From positions 372,001 to 436,000 of the forward strand of contig AP026162.1 of the NCBI GenBank assembly GCA_030295235.1: a DNA stretch of 64,000 bases, written 5' to 3'. The first letter of the stretch is position 1, and each line of letters opens with the position of its first letter. Origin of the DNA: Fistulifera solaris. Taxonomy: Eukaryota. Below are positions 11,740-23,901 of this stretch, in pieces. Under the pieces are notes generated by a model. That model ran no database searches and had not been told where the DNA came from. It saw nothing but the letters and a program-made list of their open reading frames with translations. The position numbers and the translations under genes were made by a program.

Positions 11740-12422
11740 AATGACTTGCGAGTGACAAAATGAAATGTTCCGAAACAATTAAGGTGCAATGTGTATTGTT
11801 AACTTATTGTTGGTACTGGTTGACGACCATTTGATGGTCTAATCATCATCGTCAATCGCAACAGAGATCGCACAGCACGCGTCGTTTCGAGCTCGCGGCG
11901 CGATTTATGGGTATTTCCGGGTCCCCCTACAGAGATAAATTTCCTACGGCGGCTACGTGAAAACTGCGTAGACTTTCCAAGCATTGCAACGTATGCAGTT
12001 TGTCTTTCTCTGCGTCAAAAATGCGTCGTTTTGTGTTTGATGGAGCATTCCGATTGATAAGAGCTAGATAATAGCATTGATTTTATTGGCGATGTATTTC
12101 GTTTTTTTAGATGCAATATTCTTTTTTGGGCTAAGGCTTACCGTGACGCGTGACGCATGACCCACAGAAGTCACGATGGCGACGTCACTCAGGTGAGTAC
12201 GTAAAGCTACGTAGAAATTTACGTTCTCGTTCCGGCAAATATTGAAGACGGAAGAAGAAAAAAAGATGGGCGGTCGTCGTCTGCTTTTTTTCGTCGTCGA
12301 CTTTATTGATGTGACTGTTTTCATTATCAAAGAGAGAACACTCACTTAACCCTTCCTATCAAAAACACCAGCAATCCACACTATTACTTGACTCATCAAT
12401 ACGCATAATTTACTTATAAGTC

Positions 12423-13898
12423 ATGGTGCCGCGGCCAAAGATGCTCGCGGAACACGACGGGTCTGCCAACAAACTACGTCATGACCCGTCCTCCGATTCG
12501 GAGGAAGAAGTAGAGAGTTACACCAAGCCCGGAAATCATTTTCAGCATCACTTCATGATTGCAGAACGAAGGAACGTTTCGTTTCGTCGAAAGTTCGTGC
12601 ACCTATTATCACATCTTCGATCCATAGAGCGTGTATCGCCTCCGACGACATTGCTGTTGCTGGTACTCATCGACATGTTTGCCGTGTCACTGGTGGTTCC
12701 TTTACTCTTTCAATATTACAAATCCGCCGGAGTTAACAACGCGGGACAACGAGAACTGTTATCGTCTCTCTTTTCGACTTCGCAAATAGTTGGCGGTCTT
12801 CTCATGGGCTTGGTCACCGACGCCCGATGCGTCCGTCGGAAGAGTCTCTTGTTTCTTTCCTTTGCGGGGTCGGCTCTTTCGTATGCGCTCATTGCGTTTG
12901 GAGGCTTTACAGCGCTGGTCTGTAGCCGCGTCCTGGTAGGATTGGTCAAACAGACCATGACCGTCACGACAGCCATGTTGACGAGCTGGACTTCACGAAC
13001 GACACGAGCACACTATATGGGACGTTTGTCCGCGGCATCGACGGTGGCGTGGATTGTCGGCCCGTCGGTCGGGGCCATGCTTTATCGTTATGTGGATCCG
13101 AGAGCACCGGCCTTGTTGGCTTGTGTCTTGTTTGTAACCAATATTCTACTAGCGGCCAAGTGTTTACCGACGGATGAAGAAAGCGATCCTCCTGACGTTG
13201 ACAGTCCAAGTCAACGCATCACGGTGTTACAAAAGCTCAAGTCGTGTTTTACCTCGCAAACTCTCGGTACGGTTGTATTGGCGCGATTGATATTTACTTG
13301 GGTGGCGAAAGCGACCAATTACTCGCAATTGGGAAATTTCTACGAAGACATGTATGGTTTAGAGCCACACCAACGAGGTTACATTTCCTCGTATCAACAA
13401 TTCCTTCAATTCTTGGTACAATCCACAATGGTGACAGCCGTCATGAGATGGAGTGGTGGGGAACGACAAACTATTTGCTTCTTCACGGCTTTGTTGGCAT
13501 TCACGTTCCTCTTGGAAAGTTTTCAGAGTTTGCCCCTCTTTCTTACCGTCCTTTGCCCGGTCATGTCACTGTGTTTTGGCATGACGCAGTTGTCACTGCA
13601 ATCGCTATTGACGCATGTAGTGCCGCTGCACTCCGTGTTTTCCGTTCTCGCCGCTCTCGATGTGTTACAGAATGCCGTTTCCGTCTCCGTCCCGTTTTAT
13701 CGAACGTTTCTCTTTCGCGTACTAGTCAACGCAAAGAGTGATGACGCCCACCAAAGCAGCATGGCCGACGATCCGGACCCAATCTCCTGGATTCGGTTGA
13801 GTGTATGTCATTGGTTTGTGGCGGCGGTGATAATTGCCGGCCTGCTGCTTCCGAACTGTTTGCGAAGTAAGAAAGAAGCCATAAAGAAGATGCAGTAA
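12423..13898 (+). CDS. Major facilitator superfamily transporter (TetA/DHA1-like)
   Basis: About 12 hydrophobic segments, LIDMFAVSLVVPLL, SRVLVGL, RAHYMGRL, WIVGPSVG. Confidence 0.88.
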   Translation: MVPRPKMLAEHDGSANKLRHDPSSDSEEEVESYTKPGNHFQHHFMIAERRNVSFRRKFVHLLSHLRSIERVSPPTTLLLLVLIDMFAVSLVVPLLFQYYKSAGVNNAGQRELLSSLFSTSQIVGGLLMGLVTDARCVRRKSLLFLSFAGSALSYALIAFGGFTALVCSRVLVGLVKQTMTVTTAMLTSWTSRTTRAHYMGRLSAASTVAWIVGPSVGAMLYRYVDPRAPALLACVLFVTNILLAAKCLPTDEESDPPDVDSPSQRITVLQKLKSCFTSQTLGTVVLARLIFTWVAKATNYSQLGNFYEDMYGLEPHQRGYISSYQQFLQFLVQSTMVTAVMRWSGGERQTICFFTALLAFTFLLESFQSLPLFLTVLCPVMSLCFGMTQLSLQSLLTHVVPLHSVFSVLAALDVLQNAVSVSVPFYRTFLFRVLVNAKSDDAHQSSMADDPDPISWIRLSVCHWFVAAVIIAGLLLPNCLRSKKEAIKKMQ

Positions 13899-14146
13899 CA
13901 TTACTGATCGGAGGCGTACAAACAAAGAATATACAATGATGTTAATAATAACAATATTAGAACAGCATAGACAAAGTATGATCTCTTTTGTAATACTGTT
14001 GGATTCAAATCACAGCCGTAAAAAGTTCTAGTGATCAACCGAAGACGCTTGAGCTGAGAGCAATTCACACGAAATCATTGCGCCTCCCTTGTCCTAAACG
14101 TTTCATTGTTTCCAAGCCATAGGACGCACGACACCTTTTAAACGCG

Positions 14147-14844
14147 CTACACCAGAGTGACAACTGGCTTGCCATCCCGCACGATGAAATTGTAACCCTT
14201 GATAGTGCGCATTCCCACATTTTCACTCAACACAATGCGTCCCTGTGCTTCTCTCGTGTATCCACTTTGCAGGGGATGAACATCGACGATGTAATCCGCC
14301 AACTCCAACAAAGCCGTTTCCCACTCCGGCTTCGACGAAGAGGGCTCCACGAGCCCACCGGCGCCGATCCACGTCGTTAATTCATCTTTGTCTCTTTGAG
14401 GAGTCTCTTGCGAACAGCGTATCATCAATTTGAAACTTTCGGCTTGCAAGGACAGTATCAGTGCATAGATCAAACGTGGGCCCAGCAAGGTTGACAGCAC
14501 AGAAACATCATCCAGAACGATCCAGGGTTGATTGCTCGGTGTCGGCTGTTGTTGTTGTTGAGCGACCCATTCTTTGACTTGTCGATAGAGTTGTTTAGTG
14601 AATGTTTCCGCGTCGAAGGATTGCTCGAGTGACTCGGCCATTTCCGCTGGAATGCACCGGAAATTGTTGGTTGGTTTATGACCCACAGGAGGAGGACCAC
14701 CCGACAGCCACAACACCGAATTTTCTTGAGAAAGCCACGCCTGTAAATGAACCTTCCTTCTTGTTCGACCGAGTCTGTCACAAGAATGGTAGATGCCGCC
14801 GAAGGAAATATGTCCTCCAGAGGTGTTGTGGCTGATCCTAGCAT
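14147..14844 (-). CDS. ELP6: Elongator subunit 6-like RecA-fold protein; apparent frameshift near 14720-14745
   Basis: ILVTDSVEQEGRF at the N-terminus, IVLDDVSVL, ADYIVDVHPLQSGYTREAQGRI. Confidence 0.65.
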
Positions 14845-14941
14845 TATGAATGTAAAGGCGGGTGAGATAAGAATTTGGTTCAAAAAACTTAATGGAATGG
14901 AGAGGAGCGAATAATGATTGCTGTCGCTGTAAGCAATAATG

Positions 14942-15108
14942 ATGTGGGGGTGTGTTTTTTCACGTTTCCCGAAAATATGTGGGTGTGTGTTTTTTCACGT
15001 GTCCCGAAAATGCGGGCGTGTGTTTTTTCACGTACCCAGAAAATGTGGGGGTGTGGTATTTTCACTTACCCAGAAAATGTGGGCGTTTGGCCTTTTTACG
15101 CGTGTCCT
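14942..15108. repeat. Minisatellite, 33-35-bp unit, ~5 copies, in a divergent promoter
   Basis: ATGTGGGNGTGTGTTTTTTCACGT...GAAA-type units start at 14942, 14977, 15010, 15043 and 15077. Confidence 0.92.
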
Positions 15109-15250
15109 CTTCTCATCCCAAAAGCGACGACACTCTATTCTCTTTATTAACGCGTGCCTCCAGCAAATGCATGACCGCCTTTTTTTCATTTTCATTATAT
15201 TCTAACTCTTCCAGGTCACTGTTGAGCAAAAATTCAAACAGAAAATAGCC

Positions 15251-15880
15251 ATGACACAGGACAACCAGGAAATGGATGATTCTGAACACACGAAGAGTTC
15301 TCTTTCCAAATGTATTCCCAGCGACGTGAATTTACATCGGACGTGGTCGATCTGGTACGACAATCCGAAAATGGTCGTCGGCGGCGACTGGAAAGACTGT
15401 TTGCAAAAATTAGCAACTTTCAAGACTGTCGGGGAATTCTGGAGCCTTTACAATAATATAAAAGCACCTTCACAAGTGCCGTTGCAGTCGAACTATTCAG
15501 TCTTTGTTGAAAACGTTGAGCCGACCTGGGAAGACCCCGCTAATATCAACGGAGGTAAATTCATTTTAACAATCAACAAGAAAGAATCAAGGGTAGGAAA
15601 AACGGACAAGTATTGGTTATTTACACTCATGGCCATGTTGGGAGAAACATTAGATACGTCAGGGTCTGAAATTGTCGGAGCCGTCGTGTCGGTGCGCAAA
15701 TCCGAATCCAGAGTCTCCTTGTGGCTCAAAGGGACCAACAAGGACACGTGCGAACGTGTCGGTGAAAAGTGGAAAAAGACGTTGGAAATGGATAGTGCCA
15801 CGACGATCAAATTTCAAGCTCATAAAGTTGCCAAGGCGACTGGGAGGTCGTTTCGCAATGAAGTGCAATTTCAAGTGTGA
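15251..15880 (+). CDS. eIF4E: Translation initiation factor 4E family member
   Basis: LHRTWSIWYD, FKTVGEFWSLYNNI, EPTWEDPANINGGK, GAVVSVRK, RVSLWLK. Confidence 0.95.
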   Translation: MTQDNQEMDDSEHTKSSLSKCIPSDVNLHRTWSIWYDNPKMVVGGDWKDCLQKLATFKTVGEFWSLYNNIKAPSQVPLQSNYSVFVENVEPTWEDPANINGGKFILTINKKESRVGKTDKYWLFTLMAMLGETLDTSGSEIVGAVVSVRKSESRVSLWLKGTNKDTCERVGEKWKKTLEMDSATTIKFQAHKVAKATGRSFRNEVQFQV

Positions 15881-16059
15881 GATAACAGGGTAAGGAAAGA
15901 GGCAACTTCAGGTCATAAAACTCGCGTGTGATTCCGAGGTACGCGTTGTTGCGTGGGATCTAGTCGCGCCGACGATCAACATGGTAAGAAAAGGACATTC
16001 GAGGAACACTTTTTCATGTAAATTATGTTTATAAGCAAGATTTTGTTGTGCATACCCTT

Positions 16060-17022
16060 TTACGGATGTCGTTCCATCGCGAGTTGACGTGCAAGTTCCA
16101 TTTGTTGTCGTATGACTCGACAATGATCTCGTCGATACACTTGCATAGCACCCGGCTCCCAAGTATCGAGTCGACTAATCCGAGATTGATGTGAAGGGTG
16201 TGTCGATAGAAACTCGGGTGGGTTGCCTTTCCCGTGTCCAGTATCATTCTGCATGGCTTGGAAGACTCGTTTTGCAGCGCGAGGATCGAAACAAGCCCGT
16301 GCCGCTAGATCGAGACCAATCTGATCAGCTTCCGACTCTTGTGTCCGGGAGTGGGGCAAATCACGAAGGATCGTCGACGTGGGCATCAAAATAGCAAACA
16401 AAATTCCCGAAGGATCAAGCAAGAGTGCCAGTCGCGACAACAGCGACATGATTGCCGAACTAGAAATGCGCTCTCCCGCATGCCGTGCCAGAGTATGAGC
16501 GACTTCGTGACCTAATACAGCCGCGAGATCGTCTTCATTGCGAACGTATTTGAACAGTCCGGTCATGACAAAAACATGATTACCCGGTAATACAAATGCA
16601 TTGGCAGTATCGGAGCGGACGATCGTGTACGTAAATGGCTGGGAATTGTCCTGTAGATTGTATTCGCGAGAGAATTCTTGGGCCGCCTTGGCAATACGGG
16701 CTCCCACCCGATGCACAGTGATGGAGGCACGATGATTGGGAGGCAGTATATCTCTCTGAAAATGCTGAAGTAAATTCAAATATTCCGCGTCGCCCATTTC
16801 GTTTTCCCAAATGGGTGAGGTGGCAATCCATCGAGATCGTTGGGTCAACGGCACCGTATCCAAGAAGGAATAATAGCAGTAACCTCCTGCGAGGACGGTA
16901 CTGGCTGCGGTGACACAAATGTAAGGAGGCAGCTGCTGCTTGTTGCTATTCTTGCTTTTGTAGTAATACTGTGACGAAAGGTTGCGTCGAATGGTGCGGA
17001 AAGTGAACGGTCTGGAAAACAT
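16060..17022 (-). CDS. OMA1: M48 family zinc metallopeptidase, OMA1-like, probably mitochondrial
   Basis: ANAFVLPG, LAAVLGHEVAH (HExxH), SRTQESEAD, EFLSTHPS; Arg/Ser-rich leader. Confidence 0.88.
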   Translation of the reverse strand: MFSRPFTFRTIRRNLSSQYYYKSKNSNKQQLPPYICVTAASTVLAGGYCYYSFLDTVPLTQRSRWIATSPIWENEMGDAEYLNLLQHFQRDILPPNHRASITVHRVGARIAKAAQEFSREYNLQDNSQPFTYTIVRSDTANAFVLPGNHVFVMTGLFKYVRNEDDLAAVLGHEVAHTLARHAGERISSSAIMSLLSRLALLLDPSGILFAILMPTSTILRDLPHSRTQESEADQIGLDLAARACFDPRAAKRVFQAMQNDTGHGKGNPPEFLSTHPSHQSRISRLDTWEPGAMQVYRRDHCRVIRQQMELARQLAMERHP

Positions 17023-18202
17023 GTTGCTTAACAATTGTTTTGGCGTTCGCGGATAACTGGCTACGGCTTCTGATATGGATCTTTGTCTCTCAGACTCTCT
17101 CTATAGCAGCTGACTATCAAATATGGGGTTCTATTTCTTCCGTTATATTAGAGCGTGTGTTCTCTTCGTCGTTATTCGAAGGGGAAGATGACGATGAATG
17201 TTTACCAGGTATGAATGAATCAATAAGGAAAAGATGGACGAAAGGACGAAAGAAATGAGAAATACAAGTACCATACGTGTAGGTACTTGTGCCTGTACAG
17301 CTGGCTTCGCGCATTATGCGCGAGCTGTAGCTTCAGTACAATTCTACACAAAACGTCTTCTACACGCCAGCCGACCCGTCGCGGAAGAACATTTCTCGAT
17401 AAATTATCGCCAAAAAAAGATGAAAGTTCGACACTCGCTCAGCAACTTGCTGAGCTGTATTTCGCGACTGAAATACAGTTTTAGTTATCTTTACGTACCA
17501 CTCACATGGGCTGTCTGATTTCCGTCGCGAAATCCGTTGCCGTTGATACCCAAAAGCGAAGCCGATATTATTTGCCTGGTCGTTCGGCCAATCATTTTGT
17601 CGTCGCTATCAAACACACAGAAACAAGTTCCCATATAGTTATTCAATTATTAGACACGCTAAACTTACCTGTCGACTGGATCTCGCAGAAAAAACCTTCA
17701 ACGCTACGAATTTCCGAGCTGTAGCGCACCTTTACGGGGCGTCGAGTCTGGAACAATTCTGGGTCCATTATTGTTCGCACTCTACTTATACAAATCAGCT
17801 GCCGAAAAAGCGAGTTACTGCTTCTATCTATCAATTAAACAATAATAGTGTTCCGTTGAGTTGCTTTTTCTATTAGATGTCCATCTTTCAATCCAAAAGA
17901 TTTGGTTTAAAAGTTGCTCCCTCATTGCAGTTAACTAGACCGGTTTTAGAACATAGACCTCATGTAATTAAAGAGCTAAGTGTGAAACCAACTATGGTAC
18001 TCTAAAAAAATATGAAAGACAAGATGAGTTTTTGTAGTTATGTGTATTCTACTGGCACCGACGACGCCCAAACTCGTCCGACGAGGATGGAGGTCGAACA
18101 GTCCGACGCAATGAACGAAATGCTTGACTCCAAATGACTTGCTTTTTTATTCATTTTCATTGTTATATCGAGCTAAACCGTCATTGCTGATCCACGGAAA
18201 AG

Positions 18203-18945
18203 ATGATGTCGTATGCTTGTAAAGCCTCTAAAAAGAAATCCAACAAATGGATGGCCACGAGGTTCCTCGACATTGCCATGGCAGACAACCGACTGCGAGA
18301 CAAATGGCTGCCGGCAACTGTATACTTCGAAGCTCTTGAAGCCGATAAGTACGAAGATGTAGTTGGAAAGGAAGCCCAAAAACAGCTGATGGCTTCACTT
18401 TGTCGAATTTCAAACGTGCCGTGAACAAAGAGCATCAAGACACCCGATCTAATTTTGACGGTACCCACAAAGGGGTTTTGATCCATGAAAACAAAGCGCT
18501 CGACGCAAAGCAGAACTTTTATTACTACGTCACAAAACCGGGAAAAAGGTTGCTAAGCCCAAACAGGGTAGTGTGTTTCAAACAACGCAGGTTTCTCAGC
18601 CTCCAAACAAACGAAAAAAGACAATTAACCAGGCAACAACTGAGGTAGCGGAAAAGATGCCTGATGAAGTCGAGGAGATGGTAGTTGAGAAAGCTTCAAC
18701 AGCGGAACATTTGCGCTTACTTCGCATATGAGTCAACACATAAAGATGGAATTGTAATGGTTGCAGCAAGAAGAAGAGCAGCCCTAGAGGGATCGATTGA
18801 TGCACCTCTGCCGGCGCCGGATGATCTCCCTACACTTAATTACAAAGAGATCCAGAAGCTAATGAAAGTTTTCAAAGTGCACAGGGGTGCTTTAGACTTT
18901 GATAAAGGATTTATTCTGAAGAGCATGGTGGAAATCAACGACTAA
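18203..18945 (+). pseudogene. Fragmented protein-like ORF remnants, possibly a decayed transposon-derived gene
   Basis: Three consecutive protein-like ORF pieces in shifting frames, ending KVFKVHRGALDFDKGFI, inside an otherwise gene-free 2.3-kb region. Confidence 0.3.
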
Positions 18946-19394
18946 AGAGTAATATATGTGACATTTTGTCCCCTTAGCTCATTCTCTCGAAAAAATGTAC
19001 TTTTTATATCACAGTAAATATTTAGCTGGTACTCGTCTACGTGGACCTACGGCTCGATTACGACATGCGCAGCCAACTGTACTAGCTGTACCTCCGCAAT
19101 CCGCAATCCGCAATAACCGCGTGACGCGCGTGACTCCTTACTCGTCCTCTAATCATTGGTGCCGGTACGAGATCTAAGTGATTTTACAATTAATGCTGAA
19201 AAGTTGCCAGGCTCCTTTGATGATAAACGCGATGATCAAGCACAAAAGAAATTATTCTGCGTGCTTTCACACAGCGACGATGTTGATGTTGATGCGGGTA
19301 CAAATATATTAATAAGAGAATAAACTATTTATCTAGCCTCTCTCAGTCGATTCAATTGTTTGTTTAATTCACAACGGAAGAAATTGAAGCAGTC

Positions 19395-22300
19395 ATGACG
19401 TTGTGGTTCCTCAGCAGCAAAAGCGATTATCAAAATCGAGCTAATCCTCCGCTGAAGGATATTGTCAAATTGCTGTACCCGAACAAATCTGCATCGCAGC
19501 CGCAAAAGAGTGACAATCGCACTCGCTTTTCACACTTATTACTGGAACACGGAGAAAAGTCTATACAAGACTGGGCGGTAGTAGCCAAATCATCCCCAGT
19601 GTCGCTGTCGTCGCTCCAATCTCCTTCCTCCGGTCCTACTCATTCCATACACTGGGCACAATCTACAACAAACGATGCACCGAAAAAGCAGTCGTCTCGT
19701 CGCAAAAAACAACAGGATACATCCAAAGATGCTAGTCCTACCGCTCATATGAATGCGTGGCCCGGGCGTTTGCATCTATGTTCGAGATCACTGGTCTTTG
19801 AACCGAATTCGACTGCTTATCCTATCGTTCGATGTCCCTTCAATAAACTACAAGAAAAACCAGCTGGTCGTGACAAAGTAGTCGAATGGATTGCGAAGAA
19901 GCACATTGCTATTCATTCGGTCATTGCTCCGTTTCAAGCTGTCAATCATGCGGTTCATTTCCGCATCGAATTTTCGCACTCGTCGGTCGACACACTGTTG
20001 CAACACACGGGAGAATTGTACGAAATATGCCAGAAACAAAGTCATCATCAGCTAGCCCAACTGGAGGCGACGTCGCTCAAAACACCACCGGTCATGGATC
20101 CTACAATGCTCCACGTGAGAGAACAACTGGTTACCAGTCCGGTACCGTGTCAGTGGATGACACCCTTGCAAAGCACCGATGGTGTTCTCCTCGTGACCAA
20201 CGAACGATTCACTTTCCAAAGTGCCTCGGGTACGTCGTCGTTTTGGTATCTTGATCAAGTCGCTGCTACAGCCAGGCGCTATTGTGGACTCCGCGATTGT
20301 GCGCTCGAGGTCTACTGGCAGAATGGCACTTCGACATTGTTGGCGTTGGAGCGACGACACGAACGAGAACAAGTTTTGCGACATTTGCATCAAGTTCCTT
20401 GTGTCACCAATCGAGAGTTTGTATTGCAAGTATTGAAAGCGTGGCAAATGAAAGAAATTAGCAATTTTGAATATTTGTTGGCGTTGAATTCGGCAGCGGG
20501 TCGGACGTTTCACGATTTGTCACGGTATCCTGTATTTCCGTGGGTCCTTCGTGACTTTACCAGCAGCAAATTAGACTTGACGAACCCTTCTGTTTATCGT
20601 GATATGACAAAACCCGTCGGTGCATTGAACGAAGAACGACTCGAGTATTTTCGCAATCGCATGTTGGGAATGCACGACATGGGTGAAGACTTTTATATGG
20701 GACTCACTATTCGGCTCCTGGATATGTGCTGTATTATTTGGTGCGGAGCATGCCCGAACACATGCTGTGCTTGCAGAATGGGAAATTTGATGCGCCGGAT
20801 CGAATGTTTCATAGCATTGAGCAGTGTTTTCAATGCGTGCTAACGAACCACGCCGATGTCAAAGAGCTGATCCCTGAATTTTATAGTCAAGACTTTGACT
20901 TTTTGATCAATGCACGAGGGCTCCAACTGGGGGCGACGCAGAATGGTGATCATGTGAATGATGTGCAGCTACCAACTTGGGCGCGGTCGGCTCGAGATTT
21001 CTTACGCAAACATCGCGAAGCTCTCGAGTCCGATATTTGCACGAAAATGCTACCAAAATGGATAGACTTGATCTTCGGGTACAAATCTAGAGGAGAAGCG
21101 GCAAAGGAAGCTTCCAACCTATTCCATCATACTGCGTACCTTGGTCCACACGATCTGGCAGCAATGCAATCGGCGAAAGACCGTTTCCAGGCGGAGCTGC
21201 AGGCAACAGAGTTTGGCATTGTCCCGGACATGCTATTCATCGGCCCTCATCCAGCCCAAATTGACAAGTTCTCGGAAGATTGTGTTTCGCAAGACATTGG
21301 TCGCACTACGAGTCGAGAAGACTCAAGTAGAGAGGCATGGGAGCTCTTAGACCCTCCATCAAGCCACGATGATATACATACTGATGCGGTGCCTGGCTTA
21401 GTTGTAGAATCCCCTGAACAAGAAGAGATCGAATCTACGTTGTCTATGGACCAAAATGATGTGTTTGGTGTTTCGAATGAAAATTTAGAAACACTGGGAT
21501 CTTCGGAACGTGCTCGCGAAGTGCAAGTATCAACACCTACAATGGACGCCTCTAAGGTTCAAAAACATCACCACCCAATCCGACAGCGTCTGACGCAAAC
21601 GGTGCAATTTCAAAGTGGGACATGCAAATTTTAGAAAGGAGGCAATTACACAATGACTCCGTCAGTGGCTGTGCACTCCTGCTAGGAACTCTTGAGAACA
21701 GCAAATCGGTCTTGGTTACGACCTCGTTAGATGGGGGTTTGAAAGTTCACTCAATGCTTCTTGAAACAGCTTCTATGGATCCGAAGGATCTGATCGCCTC
21801 CACGCTTTCGCGATTTACTATGATCAATCGTAAGCAGACGCCATTGTCTTCCGGTTCGTCAAAACTGGTCGAGTATCGCAATCATTCCACGAGAGACCCA
21901 CTAGCAAGTCTTGTCCTGGCTTTAGATGGCACAGGTGGCGCTGTGGCATTTGCTGGAGGTCATGATGATGTGGTCTTAGCCTATGGAATCAATTCAGCCT
22001 GCGCTGTCGCCTCCGTGTACTCACACCGAGACGCCGTCACTGGTCTAGACTTGATAGCACGCTCACCATTTGATTCAGGGAATGCGCTTTGGTTAGAGAA
22101 TGCGACTCATATCCTGATAAGTGGAAGCTGGGATGCCACGGTGAAAGTGTGGTCGGTTGCTGTGTCAGGAGGTGAAACAGTGGCGGTCAATCGAGAACCC
22201 TTGGCCGAGCTGTTCGACGCGGCTTCGTCGATCGTTTGCGTGGCGGCTATTTCCATCCCCACCGGCGGTATTCTTGCAAGCGCAGGTTGTGCGGATGGTA

Positions 22301-22782
22301 GTTTCTGTGTTTGGAATATACATAGCGATGGAGTACAGGTCGTAATTCACAATGAACCTGCAAAGCGGGGATCGGGACCTTGCTCTGTTGTAAAATGGGT
22401 GTCTTCCGGGGGCGCTTTACACATGTTTGCTGCTTTCTCGACCGGCAAAGTGGCAGCCTATTCTTTGGTTGAGGGAGTTCGTTTGGAACGACGTAATGCT
22501 GTTTCAGTGGGAGTTCCTATCCTTTCATTGGCTTACGCCGATGGTTTTATCCTTGTTGGATGCGCTGATGGTGGGCTCCGGCTGATTCCGCTACGACAAG
22601 GTTGTTATTTTGAAGCCAAACCGACCCTATGGCCGGCTGTGAACAACAAATCCTCTCCCGCTATCAGTAACATCAGTCTTTCGTACACCATTCCTGCCAA
22701 CAAAGACGACGAAGTACGGTGCGTATGCTGTACAGGAGGCGCCGACGGTAGCGTCGCATTGTTTGAACTAAGAAAGGCTTAA
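19395..22782 (+). CDS. PH/GRAM-BEACH-WD40 protein (FAN/NSMAF-like); apparent frameshifts near 20692 and 21560
   Basis: WQMKEISNFEYLLALNSAAGRTFHDLSRYPVFPW, (Y)GTHYS, GKFDAPDRMF, DVKELIPEF, WIDLIFGYK, then WD40 motif ISGSWDATVKVW. Confidence 0.92.
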
Positions 22783-22852
22783 GCTAAGAGCGACGAGCTG
22801 CTGACGTTAAAGGCATCTAGTGATAATCTTTCGCAAATTTAAATATGCACAT

Positions 22853-23372
22853 TTATTCTTCGTCTTTATCAAAAACTGTGTCCCAAAATTTGGGATTGCG
22901 CTCAATATTCTTCTCCTTTAAACGAGTCACTGGAGTCAATCGGCCTAAAAATAGCAAAAGTTGAGAGGGAAAATCGAACAAGCATGACTAGCCCGATACG
23001 CCGGTCGTCTAACTTACCATTTTCATCGGGCATCCATTTAAAGTATCCCGCACCCGACGGACCTTGGTAATCCTCGGTCGGGTCCGGAGTGTCGCGATCT
23101 GTTTTTCTCATTTTGTCTTTCTCACCATAGAAATTGGATTTGCGTTTGCCGTAGAAAGCAGCACCGTTCCCGAGCCTGCGAGCACTGGCATCGTCAATGA
23201 AAGCATCCAATTCTGCAAAGAAGTTCTTGACGCCTTGAAACGGCCCGCCGCCTTCTTCTGCGCGCAGCGATAATGGGCAGTTTCTTCCGGAGGGTGGTTG
23301 CGAGAGGAATGCCGAGCTGAGCTGAAGAACAGCGAGGCCGACGATGAATGAAAGAGCGCGTTGCACAAACAT
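22853..23372 (-). CDS. Small predicted plastid-targeted hypothetical protein; intron 22945-23017
   Basis: Signal peptide ending SSA-FL. GTAAGT...TAG intron gives the C-terminus GRLTPVTRLKEKNIERNPKFWDTVFDKDEE*. Confidence 0.7.
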
Positions 23373-23901
23373 GTTTATTGTCTAGTTCTCTTTTAATAAC
23401 TGAAGTAGCTTTTCTAATATTATGTTACGAAGCTTCGCTCCTTTTTAGTCGATGCAGAATAATAACGCAGAAACGAAGTGCATCGAAAATGTTGCACAAG
23501 TTATTGGGCACGAACCTTCGCTGTCTTTGCATACGTGTTTCTGATCGTGACTCACCCAAACGGCATTCCTCTTAGGACTGGAAGCGGCACTCAAGATCCT
23601 ATTTCAGTGTATCGAAAACAGTTTGGGGGTGACGTCCGATACCGGTTAAATTCACTGTTAATGAAAGAGTAGTCACGCTTAACCACGCTACCAGGTATGA
23701 GTGATGGGTACCGCTAAGAGGAGGAACCTATTTTTTTTTCGTGGTTGTGGAGCATTTATTTTGTTCCTCGTGGTTTTCGTTCATGTCAATAGTTATTGCT
23801 ACTGATAGCATTCTCGTTGCGCATCATCAACCACAACCAAAAGTTCAAACTGTAACTGGCCCACGGCTAGCCCAATTCAGTAGCGCTGCAACGGGAAGAA
23901 A

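Noticed and set aside
14914..15248. Cys-rich repetitive peptides (CGCVFFHV...)
   Set aside because: They are translations of the minisatellite in all frames; variable unit lengths (33-35 bp) break the frame.
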